Shown: positions 1 to 9,332 of the stretch, piece after piece
Layout: each line of letters opens with the position of its first letter
Position numbering within the stretch: the first letter of the stretch is position 1
NCBI GenBank assembly: GCA_002309675.1
Contig: DBXX01000016.1
Coordinates: forward strand, 5,374-69,373
Length of the DNA stretch: 64,000 nt
Direction: 5' to 3'
Source of the DNA: Lachnospiraceae bacterium UBA1201
GTDB taxonomy: Bacteria > Bacillota > Clostridia > Lachnospirales > Lachnospiraceae
The notes under the pieces: model-generated
Told to the model about the DNA's origin: nothing
Databases searched by the model: none
Seen by the model: the letters and a program-made list of their open reading frames with translations, nothing else
Program-made: the position numbers and the translations under genes

Positions 1-202
1 AAAAACGCTGCCGCATCTCATCTGCAGCAGCGTTCGTAAAAGTGATCACCAATATACTTGCTGGATCGACCTTCCACTGTTCTATCAACGCCTTCACCCG
101 TCTGGTAATGACAAATGTCTTACCGGCACCGGGGCCCGCGAGCACCAAAAGCGGTCCATCCTTATGCAGGATTGCTTCCTTCTGGCGCTCAGTCCCCTTC
201 AT
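1..202 (-). CDS. UvrD/PcrA/Rep-family DNA helicase, N-terminal fragment (gene runs off the left edge)
   Basis: Hand translation of the minus strand from the ATG at 200-202 gives MKGTERQKEAILHKDGPLLVLAGPGAGKTFVITRRVKALIEQWKVDPASILVITFTNAAADEMRQRF. It has Walker A GPGAGKT and the TFTNxAAxEM motif typical of SF1 UvrD-like helicases. It is absent from the ORF track because it is truncated. Confidence 0.75.
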   Translation of the reverse strand, partial: MKGTERQKEAILHKDGPLLVLAGPGAGKTFVITRRVKALIEQWKVDPASILVITFTNAAADEMRQRF

Positions 203-213
203 TTCTAATGAAT

Positions 214-1140
214 TCAAGTTGGATCTCCTCCTTCAAGAAAATCGCTCTCATCGTAATAGTAAAGATCATCGGTATCATTGCCGTAGCCATCGAGCGAGAT
301 CAGGTCGCCCATCTCCTTTGCGTTCGGCTGAAACATCGAAACGAAGAAATCCTTACAACGAGCCAACACCTCACGTGCATCGCGAACGAGCTGTCCATTA
401 TATTTTGTTTCGTCGCAAACACCGTAAGCTTCGATCTCTGCCAGTTTCGCATCGTAAAGCGCACGGTACATATGATACTTCTGCGTGACCACGATCATCT
501 TCTTCACACCGTAGATGCGCTCTGCACGCTTCATCGACTCGTAGGTCGAATATCCGGCATGATCCAGATAAATGTCATCTGCCGGTACGCCGTGGTTCAC
601 CGCGTACATCTTCATCGCCATGACTTCATTGTAGTCCGGGCGGCTGTGATCGCCGCTCATCAGAAGTTTACCGCAAACGCCATCCTTATAGAGGGCAATG
701 CCCACGTCCAGACGTCCTTTAAGCATCGGCGAGGGTTCATTATCCCACAGGCCGCAGCCCAGGATCATGATACAGTCATACTCGCCGTGCTCTTTCGCTT
801 CTTCGGCCTTGATGATGCTGCTCATCGGATACAGGATCACGATCAGATTGAGCACAACGACCGCCAGGATCGCTGCGGCAAAAAGAAGCAAACATATCTT
901 AAGCGGACTGCGTTTCTTTTTTTCAACTGCTTTGGAGGCCGAACTGCGGCGTCCCCTGCTGCGGGTCGAAGATGACGAACTGCGCGTCGACGACGAGTTG
1001 TGCGTCGTGGACCTTCCGGCAGTAGATCTACTCGTTGTGGATGTACTGCGGCCGGAAGCTGCCCGGCTACGTGAACCGGATGATTTTTTTTTCTTTCCTT
1101 TTTTCTGTGAAGCCATATTCCCTCTTGTTTTGCCGGCCAA
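214..1140 (-). CDS. SanA/YdcF (DUF218) family membrane protein with a long basic Ser/Thr/Arg-rich N-terminal tail
   Basis: The layout is a single TM (LLLFAAAILAVVVLNLIVILY) followed by the core ILGCGLWDNEPSPMLKGRLDVGIALYKDGVCGKLLMSGDHSRPDYNEV...VVTQKYHMYRALY, which resembles the SanA/DUF218 fold. The stop lies 12 nt upstream of the helicase start. Confidence 0.65.
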   Translation of the reverse strand: MAGKTRGNMASQKKGKKKKSSGSRSRAASGRSTSTTSRSTAGRSTTHNSSSTRSSSSSTRSRGRRSSASKAVEKKKRSPLKICLLLFAAAILAVVVLNLIVILYPMSSIIKAEEAKEHGEYDCIMILGCGLWDNEPSPMLKGRLDVGIALYKDGVCGKLLMSGDHSRPDYNEVMAMKMYAVNHGVPADDIYLDHAGYSTYESMKRAERIYGVKKMIVVTQKYHMYRALYDAKLAEIEAYGVCDETKYNGQLVRDAREVLARCKDFFVSMFQPNAKEMGDLISLDGYGNDTDDLYYYDESDFLEGGDPT

Positions 1141-1164
1141 TGCCGGCCTGTTCTATAATCTATA

Positions 1165-2292
1165 TTACTGCGTTTTGGTGATCCGAAGCGTTCCATGCTC
1201 TGCATAATAGTCGAGCAGCGCCTCTACGACACGATTGTAACTCCGCCGGCCGTCTTCCACTCCCTGCAAGACCAGGGTCGTATCATAGACCGTGTTCTGC
1301 ACATTGTTCACGACCTCCGTCGGAATGATCACTTCGTCCTCGTGTTCCTCCCAATAGTTATCCTCGTGGTAGCGGTACAGATCACTCCAAATGGTATCTA
1401 CAAATCGTTTTTCCACTTTTTTCGCCCGGTCCTTATAGTCGGACCCCACCTGTTTGATTCCTTCAAGCACGTACTCGATGATTCCCAAATAACCGGAATA
1501 GCGGATATCGGGATTTTCCGAATTGATCGCGGCCATAAAGCCGAAGAAATTCGCCTCATCTTCCCGGATAATGCCTCTCGTATGCGTCAGTTCGTGGCAG
1601 TAGCAATATGGCAGGACCGCATCGACCAGATGCGCATTGACCGTCGCCTCCTCAAACATGGGCATGTAGATGCCCAGTGTCCCGCTCTGACTCATGAAAA
1701 GCGAAAAATGGATCTTCTTTACGTCCGGATAATACCCCGAAAGTTCGGGAAATGTGTCGGCAGCAGCCTTCATGGCCTTAGGGATATCCTGCTCGAAATC
1801 GGTCGAAAACCGGAAGTAACCGCCTTCATCCCGCCGGATCTGCGGCTCCAACGCTTCCACCTCATCGGCGATCTCCTCCAGCATGGATACATACGTCTCA
1901 TCCGAGCGGTCACTGACGGACAGATAGCGTTCCAGGGCCGGCGTCGTTCGATACAGCGCAAACCAGTGGAAATTCAACAGCCAGAGTGTGATGCATGCGA
2001 TCCAGGCCATACACCTTCCGTATAACTTCAGCCCGTGCAGGCGAATCTTCTTTACGAAGATCAGGGCCAACGAAACCAGAAGTCCCAACACGAGCACGAT
2101 GACCACTGCAACGATGTACCATTCACCCAGTGAAAACGGGAACAGGTCGGAAAACCGCATCCAAAGCTGCGACAACGGGCGGTAGACAAGCGAAACGTAG
2201 GCATTTGCCAGCGGGCGGATCCACATGAAAAGCAGGTAGCAAACAGCTATAAAAGCATATAAACTTAGCAGGATCTTCGTAGATCTTTTCAT
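1165..2292 (-). CDS. DUF3810-like membrane protein with HExxH metalloprotease motif
   Basis: There are N-terminal TM helices, and the motif CHELTHTRGIIREDEANFFGF contains HELTH (HExxH). Size and layout fit the DUF3810 family as I remember it. Confidence 0.5.
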   Translation of the reverse strand: MKRSTKILLSLYAFIAVCYLLFMWIRPLANAYVSLVYRPLSQLWMRFSDLFPFSLGEWYIVAVVIVLVLGLLVSLALIFVKKIRLHGLKLYGRCMAWIACITLWLLNFHWFALYRTTPALERYLSVSDRSDETYVSMLEEIADEVEALEPQIRRDEGGYFRFSTDFEQDIPKAMKAAADTFPELSGYYPDVKKIHFSLFMSQSGTLGIYMPMFEEATVNAHLVDAVLPYCYCHELTHTRGIIREDEANFFGFMAAINSENPDIRYSGYLGIIEYVLEGIKQVGSDYKDRAKKVEKRFVDTIWSDLYRYHEDNYWEEHEDEVIIPTEVVNNVQNTVYDTTLVLQGVEDGRRSYNRVVEALLDYYAEHGTLRITKTQ

Positions 2293-2383
2293 ATCGAATT
2301 ACCCCCTTTCCATACGATCTGCTGCGCATCCTACGCCCCCGTTCCGACAATACGATTGTACCATATCACACCCCGAAAATCAA

Positions 2384-2431
2384 GAAAAAAAGCCGACGGC
2401 CAGGGATTTTACGCCCTGTCCGTCAGCTTTT
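2384..2431 (-). terminator. Intrinsic terminator after the 846-aa lipoprotein gene (hairpin is flanked by A/T runs on both sides)
   Basis: Minus strand reads GCTGACGGACAGGGCG-TAAAATC-CCTGGCCGTCGGC followed by TTTTTTT. It starts directly after the stop codon at 2434-2436. Confidence 0.7.
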
Positions 2432-2433
2432 TC

Positions 2434-4974
2434 TCATGCTGTGAAACCATCACTTTTATCTTCTTTATTTCGGTCGTTCTTCGGTGTCTGGTCCCCGTTT
2501 TTGCCATCTCTGTTACCGGGCAATGCATCCTTAAAACGCTCTGGCAGATCATCCGGAAGCGCATCACGGAAACGTTCCTGCCAATCTTCGGGGAGTTTAT
2601 CTTTGAAGAAGTCCTCCCAGTCATCCGGCAGGTCATCGGGCAGCCCTTCCCCGATTCGATCCTGCCAGTCTTCCGGGAGTTTATCCTTGAAGAACTCCTC
2701 CCAGTCATCCGGCAGGTCATCGGGCAGCACATCCTTGAACTGCTCCGGCAGGTCGTCCGGGAAACCCTCGAACGGGTTTACGCCACCGTTACCGCCATTA
2801 CGACCGCCGCGGCCGCCGAAGCCTTCAAAGCCCGTGATATCGGTCGCCTCGACTTCTTTTCCGTCACGGATGGTGCCGTCTATGCAGACCTGATCCGCAT
2901 TGAACGTGCCGTTAACCGTACCGCCGGTGTAGATCTTGTAGCCGTCAGACCTTCCTGCAGCGCTCGCAATTAAGCCCTGCGCTTTTTTCGGTGTAACAAA
3001 CGACACCAGAACGTTTCCGTTCGCATCGGCGATGGTGATCTGCGTATCTGCAGACGCGGCCAGTTTCGTACTGGCCACATAGTTCGCCTCCGGCCGCTCC
3101 ATCATACCGGTGCTGCCTGCCGCCAGCAGGATGCCTCCGGTAATGGAGACTGTATTGCCCTCGCCGCAGTCCAAAGGACCGTTGCCGTTATCCGTAGGTC
3201 CGGCCACCACCGTGATACCGCCGGACACATTAAGATTTCCATTGGAATCCAGTCCGTCACCGCCGGCATTTACATAGAGATAGCCGCCGCTGATCTCCAA
3301 CAGCTGGTTTCCCCCTCCGATGGTCCCGAAGCCTCCGGGGCCTTCCGGTCTGCGTATCCGCGAGCCGCCCTGGCCGGAATCGGCCGTGCTGTCATAGTCC
3401 ATATAACCGGCAGATGTCAGAAGCGCACGCACGGCAACATTATCATCCTCTGTGCCCGGCTCCTGCGCGATCCCATTCGAAGTTCCGCCGGATGCATTCA
3501 AGCCGTCGTCCGATGCCGTGATACGGTGCCAGCCGCCCTTCACATAGATGTTCGCCGACTCGTAACCCTCATAGGACTTTTGAACCTGAATGTAACAATA
3601 CTCATCGAGTGTCAGGCTCTGCTCTGCATGGATAGCGTCGTCGCCGGTGGACAGCTCCATGTACGGGGTGCCGCTGACCCGGATCGTGTCGTCGCAGTGT
3701 ACTGCGTCATCTTTGCTGTCGATGTTGAAGATACCGCCGCTGATCGTCAGGAGTTTCTCCGCCTTCAGACCTTTGGAACTGGTGCTGTCGGTCTTCTGCG
3801 CGGACTGGCCGCGCCCCCATCCTCCAAAACCGCTTCCGGACTTCGCTGTCGCCGATCCAGCGCCGCCACCGGTCGTGATCGCAAACGCTCCGTCCGTGAT
3901 CTCCAGGTTCGTGGCAGCGGTAAATCCGTCGCCCTCCGCCTTTATGGTAAAGGTTCCGCCGTTTATGGAAATGTATCCCTTTCCATCCTTATCCGTTGTC
4001 TTTGTGACGAAACCGTCCTTCTCCGTGGTCAATGTATACTCCCCGGCAGAGATCTCGATCGAGTCATTGCCCTGGATGGCGTCACCGACCGCTTCCACCG
4101 TGATCTTTCCGCCGCGTAGCCTAAGGTCATTCTTTCCGTGAATGCCCTTATCATAATTCGACTGTACCGTGAGTAAACCGCTTCCGTTGATGATCAGATC
4201 ATCCTTCGAATAGATGACGCCGTCCACATCCTCGGAATTCTCATCGGTTTCATCCTTACGGCTTCGGTCCGCCAGTTTATTCTCGCTGTCTTTCGCCAGC
4301 GTCAGGATGGTCTTATCCGCCTGCTCCACATAGATCGGCGCGCTGTCAGCTGTCAGATCCGCTCCGTCCAGTATGAGCCATACCTTATCCGATCCGGCAT
4401 CTACATTCACACGTCCGTTCTCCGACGAACCGGTAATACGGTATACGCCTCCCTTCGTGATGGTGGCTACGCAGATCCCGTTTTCCTCTCCGACCAGAAC
4501 CGCGTCTTTCTTATCTCCCGTTACGGTCGCTTCCTTTCCGGAAAATGTGATCACGGCGTCTGATTTACTTTCATCTGCCAGCATATATTTGTCGGAAGTG
4601 TCTGTAAGCGGTGTATTTGCCTTATAGTCAGCCTTATCCGGCAGCTCCGTGCCCGTATAGTTCGCAAGTTTTGTTTTTACATCGGATCCTTTCGCAGATT
4701 CCTTATCCGCATCCGACTGCGAAGCCTTGGTTTCATCGCCTGCTCCGTTTTTATCTCCGGATTTTGTTTCATCGTCTGACTTAGTCACATCACCCGCCGT
4801 CGCTTTTTCTGTGCCGTTTTCAGTGGTTCCCGCAACTGAAGTCCCCTCCTGCGATGCTTTCGCCGGATCCTCCGTATCGTTCTTATTACATCCCGCCAGC
4901 CAAAACAACATCGCTGTAGACAGCAGGATCGCCTGTTTCTTCATAGTTCTTTTCATAGAATATCCCTTTCTCAC
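2434..4974 (-). CDS. Large secreted lipoprotein, carbohydrate-binding/beta-helix (Cthe_2159-like) family, with acidic C-terminal tandem repeats
   Basis: The lipobox is LFWLAGCNKN. A long Gly/Asp/Thr-rich repetitive beta-strand-like core is present (DKVWLILDGADLTADSAPIYVEQADKTILTL, ISGGIFNIDSKDDAVHCDD, ISGGYLYVNAGGDGLDSNGNLNVSGG). The C-terminus carries LPDDLPDDWExFFKDKLPEDWQ repeats. Confidence 0.55.
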   Translation of the reverse strand: MRKGYSMKRTMKKQAILLSTAMLFWLAGCNKNDTEDPAKASQEGTSVAGTTENGTEKATAGDVTKSDDETKSGDKNGAGDETKASQSDADKESAKGSDVKTKLANYTGTELPDKADYKANTPLTDTSDKYMLADESKSDAVITFSGKEATVTGDKKDAVLVGEENGICVATITKGGVYRITGSSENGRVNVDAGSDKVWLILDGADLTADSAPIYVEQADKTILTLAKDSENKLADRSRKDETDENSEDVDGVIYSKDDLIINGSGLLTVQSNYDKGIHGKNDLRLRGGKITVEAVGDAIQGNDSIEISAGEYTLTTEKDGFVTKTTDKDGKGYISINGGTFTIKAEGDGFTAATNLEITDGAFAITTGGGAGSATAKSGSGFGGWGRGQSAQKTDSTSSKGLKAEKLLTISGGIFNIDSKDDAVHCDDTIRVSGTPYMELSTGDDAIHAEQSLTLDEYCYIQVQKSYEGYESANIYVKGGWHRITASDDGLNASGGTSNGIAQEPGTEDDNVAVRALLTSAGYMDYDSTADSGQGGSRIRRPEGPGGFGTIGGGNQLLEISGGYLYVNAGGDGLDSNGNLNVSGGITVVAGPTDNGNGPLDCGEGNTVSITGGILLAAGSTGMMERPEANYVASTKLAASADTQITIADANGNVLVSFVTPKKAQGLIASAAGRSDGYKIYTGGTVNGTFNADQVCIDGTIRDGKEVEATDITGFEGFGGRGGRNGGNGGVNPFEGFPDDLPEQFKDVLPDDLPDDWEEFFKDKLPEDWQDRIGEGLPDDLPDDWEDFFKDKLPEDWQERFRDALPDDLPERFKDALPGNRDGKNGDQTPKNDRNKEDKSDGFTA
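2560..2727 (-). repeat. Two tandem 84-bp (28-codon) coding repeats, LPDDLPDDWE(E/D)FFKDKLPEDWQ(D/E)R..., with degenerate copies flanking
   Basis: DNA copies are visible directly, for example gtcctcccagtcatccggcaggtcatcgggcag at about 2611-2643 and again at about 2695-2727. The protein repeat is seen in the ORF translation. Confidence 0.85.
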
Positions 4975-5109
4975 GAACCGGCTCCCTAAGCAGACCGGAT
5001 CGTGTATATGAACATATCATTTGCTTCTAACAACTCAAAGATAACCTATTCTTGTGAAGAAAGTGTGATTAATTCTTGTATTTTTCAGGTCACAGGAGCC
5101 GATTCTTAC

Positions 5110-5143
5110 GAAAAAATGCCACCGAAACCTACGGTCCGGTGGC
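5110..5143 (-). terminator. Intrinsic terminator about 230 nt downstream of pheT
   Basis: Minus strand reads GCCACCG-GACCGTAGGTTT-CGGTGGC followed by ATTTTTT. No stronger hairpin lies between it and the pheT stop at 5375. Confidence 0.5.
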
Positions 5144-5374
5144 AGGTATTTCAATTTTCGATGACGCCCTTTTTGATCAAAACGGACTTTCGGCGCCTGG
5201 TCATTGCTGATGTACGCAACATAATTCAGACCGCTGGAGTAATTGATCTTCCCCACGATGTAGGGCAGGGAAATAAACATTCGACCGTCTTCTTTAAACC
5301 ATGCTTCTTATAATATTTTACTGCTCTCTCTATTCTACCCATAGACTAAAAAAGCCGTCAGTTAGATTTGTATG

Positions 5375-7795
5375 TTATTGACGCAGGTCAATGTCCAGAT
5401 GGAACTTCAGGTTCTTCAGGATCTTCTTTACGAAACCGTCCACAGTTTCGGCCGCAAACGGCTCCTCGCCTGCGACGAACTCCACGGTGAATGCCATGCT
5501 CTTCTTACCGGGCGCGATCTGGCCGCCTTCGTATTTATCGAACAGCGTCACGCGCTTTGCGTTCTTGCAGGCAGACAGAATGCAGTTTTCGACCTGGCCG
5601 CAGGTCACGTTTTTATCCATTACGAGCGCGAGGTCACGGGTCTCACCCGGGAACTTCGGTAGCGGCTCGAAGCTTGCCTTTCCGGCGGGCAATGTATTTA
5701 GCAGCTTCAGGTCGATCTCCAGAATGTAAGCATCCGTACGAAGATCGAGCTTCTCAGCAACGGGATATGCGACCTTACCCAGGTAACCTACCTTCGTCTC
5801 GCCGCACAGGATATTCGCGGTCTGGAACGGATGGGTAAATGTCGTCTCGGCACTCTCATAGGTGAATTTCACATACAGGCTCTGCGCCACACGTTCTGCC
5901 AGTCCCTTCAGCGTGAAGAAGCTTTCCTTCTCACCGAAGATACCGATGCAGAAGGTCTCACGCTCATCGGGATACTCCGTAAGCGGCAGTTCCTTCGCGA
6001 TGAACTTCTTACCGATCTCGAACAGGCGGCCTTCGAGGTTGCCCTTCTTCTGGTTACGCGCGATCGCATTCAACATGGACGGGGCCAATGTCGTGCGCAT
6101 CAGCGAAAGTTCTTCGTTGATGGGGTTCAGGATGCGGATCGCATTGCGCTCCGGCGCATCTGCCGAAAGGCCGATCAGATCCAGATCCGAAGGCGAGAAG
6201 AACGAATAATGGATGCACTCGAATGCGCCCTGCGCGCAGAGATCCTTCTTCAGTTTCAGTTCCTTCTTCTGCCGTGCGTTCATGCCACCCGTGGTCACCA
6301 GGGCATCCGGCATGAAGGTCGGGATCACATGCTCATAACCGTACATGCGGATCACTTCTTCCGCTACATCCGGATAGGAATCCATATCTTCACGGTACGC
6401 GGGCACCTGAATAGTCAGCTCATCCCCGTTGATCGCGGGAGCGAAATTTAAGTTCGTCATGATGTGCAGCACATCCTGTGCGGGCACTTCGATGCCCAGA
6501 ACGTCATTGACCTTACGAAGGCTTACCTTCATCTCTCTCGGGTCAATGGAGTTCCCCGTATTCACATCCACGTGTGTGGAGGAAACCTTGCCGCAGCCCA
6601 GCTCTTCGATCAGGTGCAGGGCGCGCTTCATGGCATGTACGGTGGAATATTCGTCCACGCCCTTTTCATACTTCGCGCTCGCGTCGGTACGCTTACCCAG
6701 TGCACGTGCCGTCTTACGGATATTGTCGCGGGCGAACTTCGCCGACTCGAACAGGACTGCCTTCGTGGTGTCGCGGATCTCGGAATTGAGGCCGCCCATG
6801 ACGCCGGCCAGGGCCACCGCCTTCGCGCCGTCGCAGATCACCAGATTGTTCTCATTCAGTGTATATTCCTGCGCATCCAGGGTCGTGATCTTCTCGCCGT
6901 TACCTGCGCGGCGGACTACGATCGCATTGCCCTCGATATACTCGCTGTCAAATGCATGCATGGGCTGGCCCATCTCAAGCATGACATAGTTTGTGATATC
7001 TACGATATTCGAAATGGAGGTCTGACCCACCAGTGCCAGTCTGCGCTTCATCCACGCAGGGGACGGGCCGATTTTCACATCGTACACATAGTGGCCGATG
7101 TATCTCGGGCACAGGTCCGGAGCTTCCACTGAAACAGTGAAACCATCCTTTTTTACCTCGGTCTCGGTGTAGTCATAAGCCGGCTCCTTTAACGGCAGAT
7201 CCAGTACGGCAGCGACCTCGCGTGCCAGGCCCAAAATGCTCTGGCAGTCCGGACGGTTCGCGGTGATGGATACGTCGAAGATCCAGTCATCGAGGCCCAG
7301 GATGGGCTTCACATCTGCGCCGACAGCTGCGTCCGCGGGAAGCTCCAGCAGACCGTTGTAACCGGCACCCTCATACATATCTTCGGAAACGCCCAGCTCG
7401 GTTCCGGAGCAAAGCATGCCCTCGGAATCGTAGCCGCGAAGTTTGCCTTTCTTAATGGTCATCACGCCTTCTACGGTCTTGTGGTCCTTCGCGGTCGCAT
7501 ATACGCTCGCGCCGACTAAGGCTAACGGGAACTTGCCGCCGGTCCGGACATTGTCCGCGCCGCAGCACACCTGGAAGGTGCCCTTTTCGCCCGCATTGAC
7601 CTTGCAGACATGCAGGTGCGTCTCGGGGATCGGCTCGCACTCTTCTACCAGACCTACCACGATGCCGGATACGTCACGGCCTACCTCGTAGGCTTCTTCT
7701 ACCTCGAAGCCACAGGAGAACAGTTTTTTCTCCAGTTCGGCAGGCTCCACATTGATATCTACATATTCTTTTAACCAACTCAAGGGTACTAACAT
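5375..7795 (-). CDS. pheT: Phenylalanine--tRNA ligase beta subunit
   Basis: The 806-aa product starts with the canonical N-terminus MLVPLSWLKEYVDI. Length and B3/4, B5 and FDX-ACB-like regions fit PheT, and it lies immediately downstream of pheS. Confidence 0.95.
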   Translation of the reverse strand: MLVPLSWLKEYVDINVEPAELEKKLFSCGFEVEEAYEVGRDVSGIVVGLVEECEPIPETHLHVCKVNAGEKGTFQVCCGADNVRTGGKFPLALVGASVYATAKDHKTVEGVMTIKKGKLRGYDSEGMLCSGTELGVSEDMYEGAGYNGLLELPADAAVGADVKPILGLDDWIFDVSITANRPDCQSILGLAREVAAVLDLPLKEPAYDYTETEVKKDGFTVSVEAPDLCPRYIGHYVYDVKIGPSPAWMKRRLALVGQTSISNIVDITNYVMLEMGQPMHAFDSEYIEGNAIVVRRAGNGEKITTLDAQEYTLNENNLVICDGAKAVALAGVMGGLNSEIRDTTKAVLFESAKFARDNIRKTARALGKRTDASAKYEKGVDEYSTVHAMKRALHLIEELGCGKVSSTHVDVNTGNSIDPREMKVSLRKVNDVLGIEVPAQDVLHIMTNLNFAPAINGDELTIQVPAYREDMDSYPDVAEEVIRMYGYEHVIPTFMPDALVTTGGMNARQKKELKLKKDLCAQGAFECIHYSFFSPSDLDLIGLSADAPERNAIRILNPINEELSLMRTTLAPSMLNAIARNQKKGNLEGRLFEIGKKFIAKELPLTEYPDERETFCIGIFGEKESFFTLKGLAERVAQSLYVKFTYESAETTFTHPFQTANILCGETKVGYLGKVAYPVAEKLDLRTDAYILEIDLKLLNTLPAGKASFEPLPKFPGETRDLALVMDKNVTCGQVENCILSACKNAKRVTLFDKYEGGQIAPGKKSMAFTVEFVAGEEPFAAETVDGFVKKILKNLKFHLDIDLRQ

Positions 7796-7830
7796 ATTCT
7801 TTCCTCACTTTCTCACAAGATCCCGCGGCA

Positions 7831-8859
7831 TCAGTTGTTGTCGATCTGGTCCAGAACGCGCAGATCCGACTCGAACAGAAGCTTGATGTTATTGATGCCG
7901 TACTTCAGCATGGTCGCACGCTCGATACCGATACCGAACGCCAGACCGCTGTATTCATCGGGGTCAATGCCGCAATTGGAAAGCACTTTGCGGTTTACGA
8001 TGCCCGCGCCTAAGATCTCGATCCAGCCGGTTCCCTTACACAGTTTGCAGCCCTTGCCGCCGCACTCGAAGCAGCTGACATCGACCTCCACAGAAGGTTC
8101 CGTGAACGGGAAATAGGAAGGGCGCAGACGGGTCGTGGTGCCCTCGCCGTAGATCTTCTGAACGAAAACGTCCAGCATGCCCTTTAAGTCACAAAGGGTA
8201 ATCTTCTTATCTACGACCAAACCTTCCATCTGGTGGAACATCGGCGAATGCGTCGCGTCGTCATCCGAACGGAACACCTTACCGGGGCACAGGATCTTAA
8301 TGGGCGGCTTCTTCGCCTCCATGGTGTGGATCTGTGCAGCCGAGGTCTGCGTCGCCAGCAGGAACTCGGGCGACAGATAGAAGGTATCCTGCATATCTCT
8401 GGCCGGATGGTCCTTCGGTGTATTCAGCGCGGTGAAGTTATAATAATCGTTCTCGATCTCTTTGTTTTCCATGACTTCGAAGCCCATGCCTGCGAAAACG
8501 TCGATGATCTCGTTTCGCATCTGGGTGATCGGGTGCAGATTTCCGTTCTTAACGGTGATCGCAGGCTCGGTCACGTCGATCTTTTCCTGCTCATAGCGCA
8601 TCTGGAGTTCCTTTGCCTTGATCTTCTCATCCAACTCGGCAAAACGCTGCAACGCCCATTCCTTCAGGTCATTGACCCCTTTACCGAAACCGGCTCTCTC
8701 CTCCGGCGCGATATTCTTCATCTCCTTCATCAAAAGGCCGATCTTACCCGACTTCGAATCCAGGAAATGTTTCTTCAGCTCATAAACGGCCTTCGAACTC
8801 TGCAGGTCCTCGATGCCGTTTAAGATCTCGTTCTTGATACTCTCAAACTTTTCATTCAT
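7831..8859 (-). CDS. pheS: Phenylalanine--tRNA ligase alpha subunit
   Basis: The 342-aa product carries class II aaRS motifs ([39 protein letters not shown]...[18 protein letters not shown]). Confidence 0.95.
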   Translation of the reverse strand: MNEKFESIKNEILNGIEDLQSSKAVYELKKHFLDSKSGKIGLLMKEMKNIAPEERAGFGKGVNDLKEWALQRFAELDEKIKAKELQMRYEQEKIDVTEPAITVKNGNLHPITQMRNEIIDVFAGMGFEVMENKEIENDYYNFTALNTPKDHPARDMQDTFYLSPEFLLATQTSAAQIHTMEAKKPPIKILCPGKVFRSDDDATHSPMFHQMEGLVVDKKITLCDLKGMLDVFVQKIYGEGTTTRLRPSYFPFTEPSVEVDVSCFECGGKGCKLCKGTGWIEILGAGIVNRKVLSNCGIDPDEYSGLAFGIGIERATMLKYGINNIKLLFESDLRVLDQIDNN

Positions 8860-8919
8860 GGTTTCTTCCTCCTATACTCTTCGGTATGGACGATGTCACT
8901 CTATTCCTCACCCGTGCTC

Positions 8920-9150
8920 CGGATAAAAAAATAGAGCCACCATCCCACATTGGGACGATTGCTCGCGGTACCACCCAAATTAGAAGGAAAACAATTCCTT
9001 CTCACTCGAACCCTTTAATGCAGGGGATACATCCGCCACATCGGGCATATTTCCCGTAGCAGCGAAGACTCCGATGCCGAAAATTCGATCCCATCCTCCT
9101 GCGACTTCCCACCTGCCGTCGCTCTCTGTGCGGTCTCAAATGCGATCTAC
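8920..9150 (-). promoter_or_regulatory. T-box leader (tRNA-sensing riboswitch) of pheST
   Basis: The minus strand carries the T-box motif AATTTGGGTGGTACCGCG (8964-8981). A terminator, GAGCAATCGTCCCA-ATG-TGGGATGGTGGCTC plus TATTTTTTT (about 8924-8963), overlaps it and competes with the antiterminator. An AGAGAG box lies near 9130-9140. A UUC triplet at 9008-9010 is a candidate Phe specifier, but I could not fold stem I confidently. The 5' boundary is approximate. Confidence 0.85.
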
Positions 9151-9168
9151 TGCTGCATCATCAACGTC

Positions 9169-9206
9169 AAAAAAACTATCCAGAGGAACTTCATGCCCCT
9201 CTGGAT
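9169..9206 (-). terminator. Intrinsic terminator ending the AT-rich ABC operon
   Basis: Minus strand reads ATCCAGAGG-GGCATGAAGTT-CCTCTGGAT followed by AGTTTTTTT. Confidence 0.75.
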
Positions 9207-9332
9207 ATTCATTATATCAGTTCCTGTTGATATGTCAAGAGGGGAAGTCCTCTTATGTGACACACCTCAATAAGTGCAATCTATGCAACCATATAACTAT
9301 TAAACGCAACATGATCCGAAAGCTCCTCTCAG

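Noticed and set aside
115-975. A long plus-strand ORF (286 aa) antisense to the SanA-like gene. Similar long antisense ORFs occur at 5831-6451, 6464-7132, 27750-28772, 29408-30421, 34683-35582, 41825-42637, 44759-46009, 54583-55695, 56545-57588 and elsewhere.
   Set aside because: Each lies entirely opposite a gene with clear family motifs. Their translations are Arg/His/Leu-rich and low-complexity with no motifs or SDs. This is the usual shadow-ORF artefact of GC-biased coding DNA.
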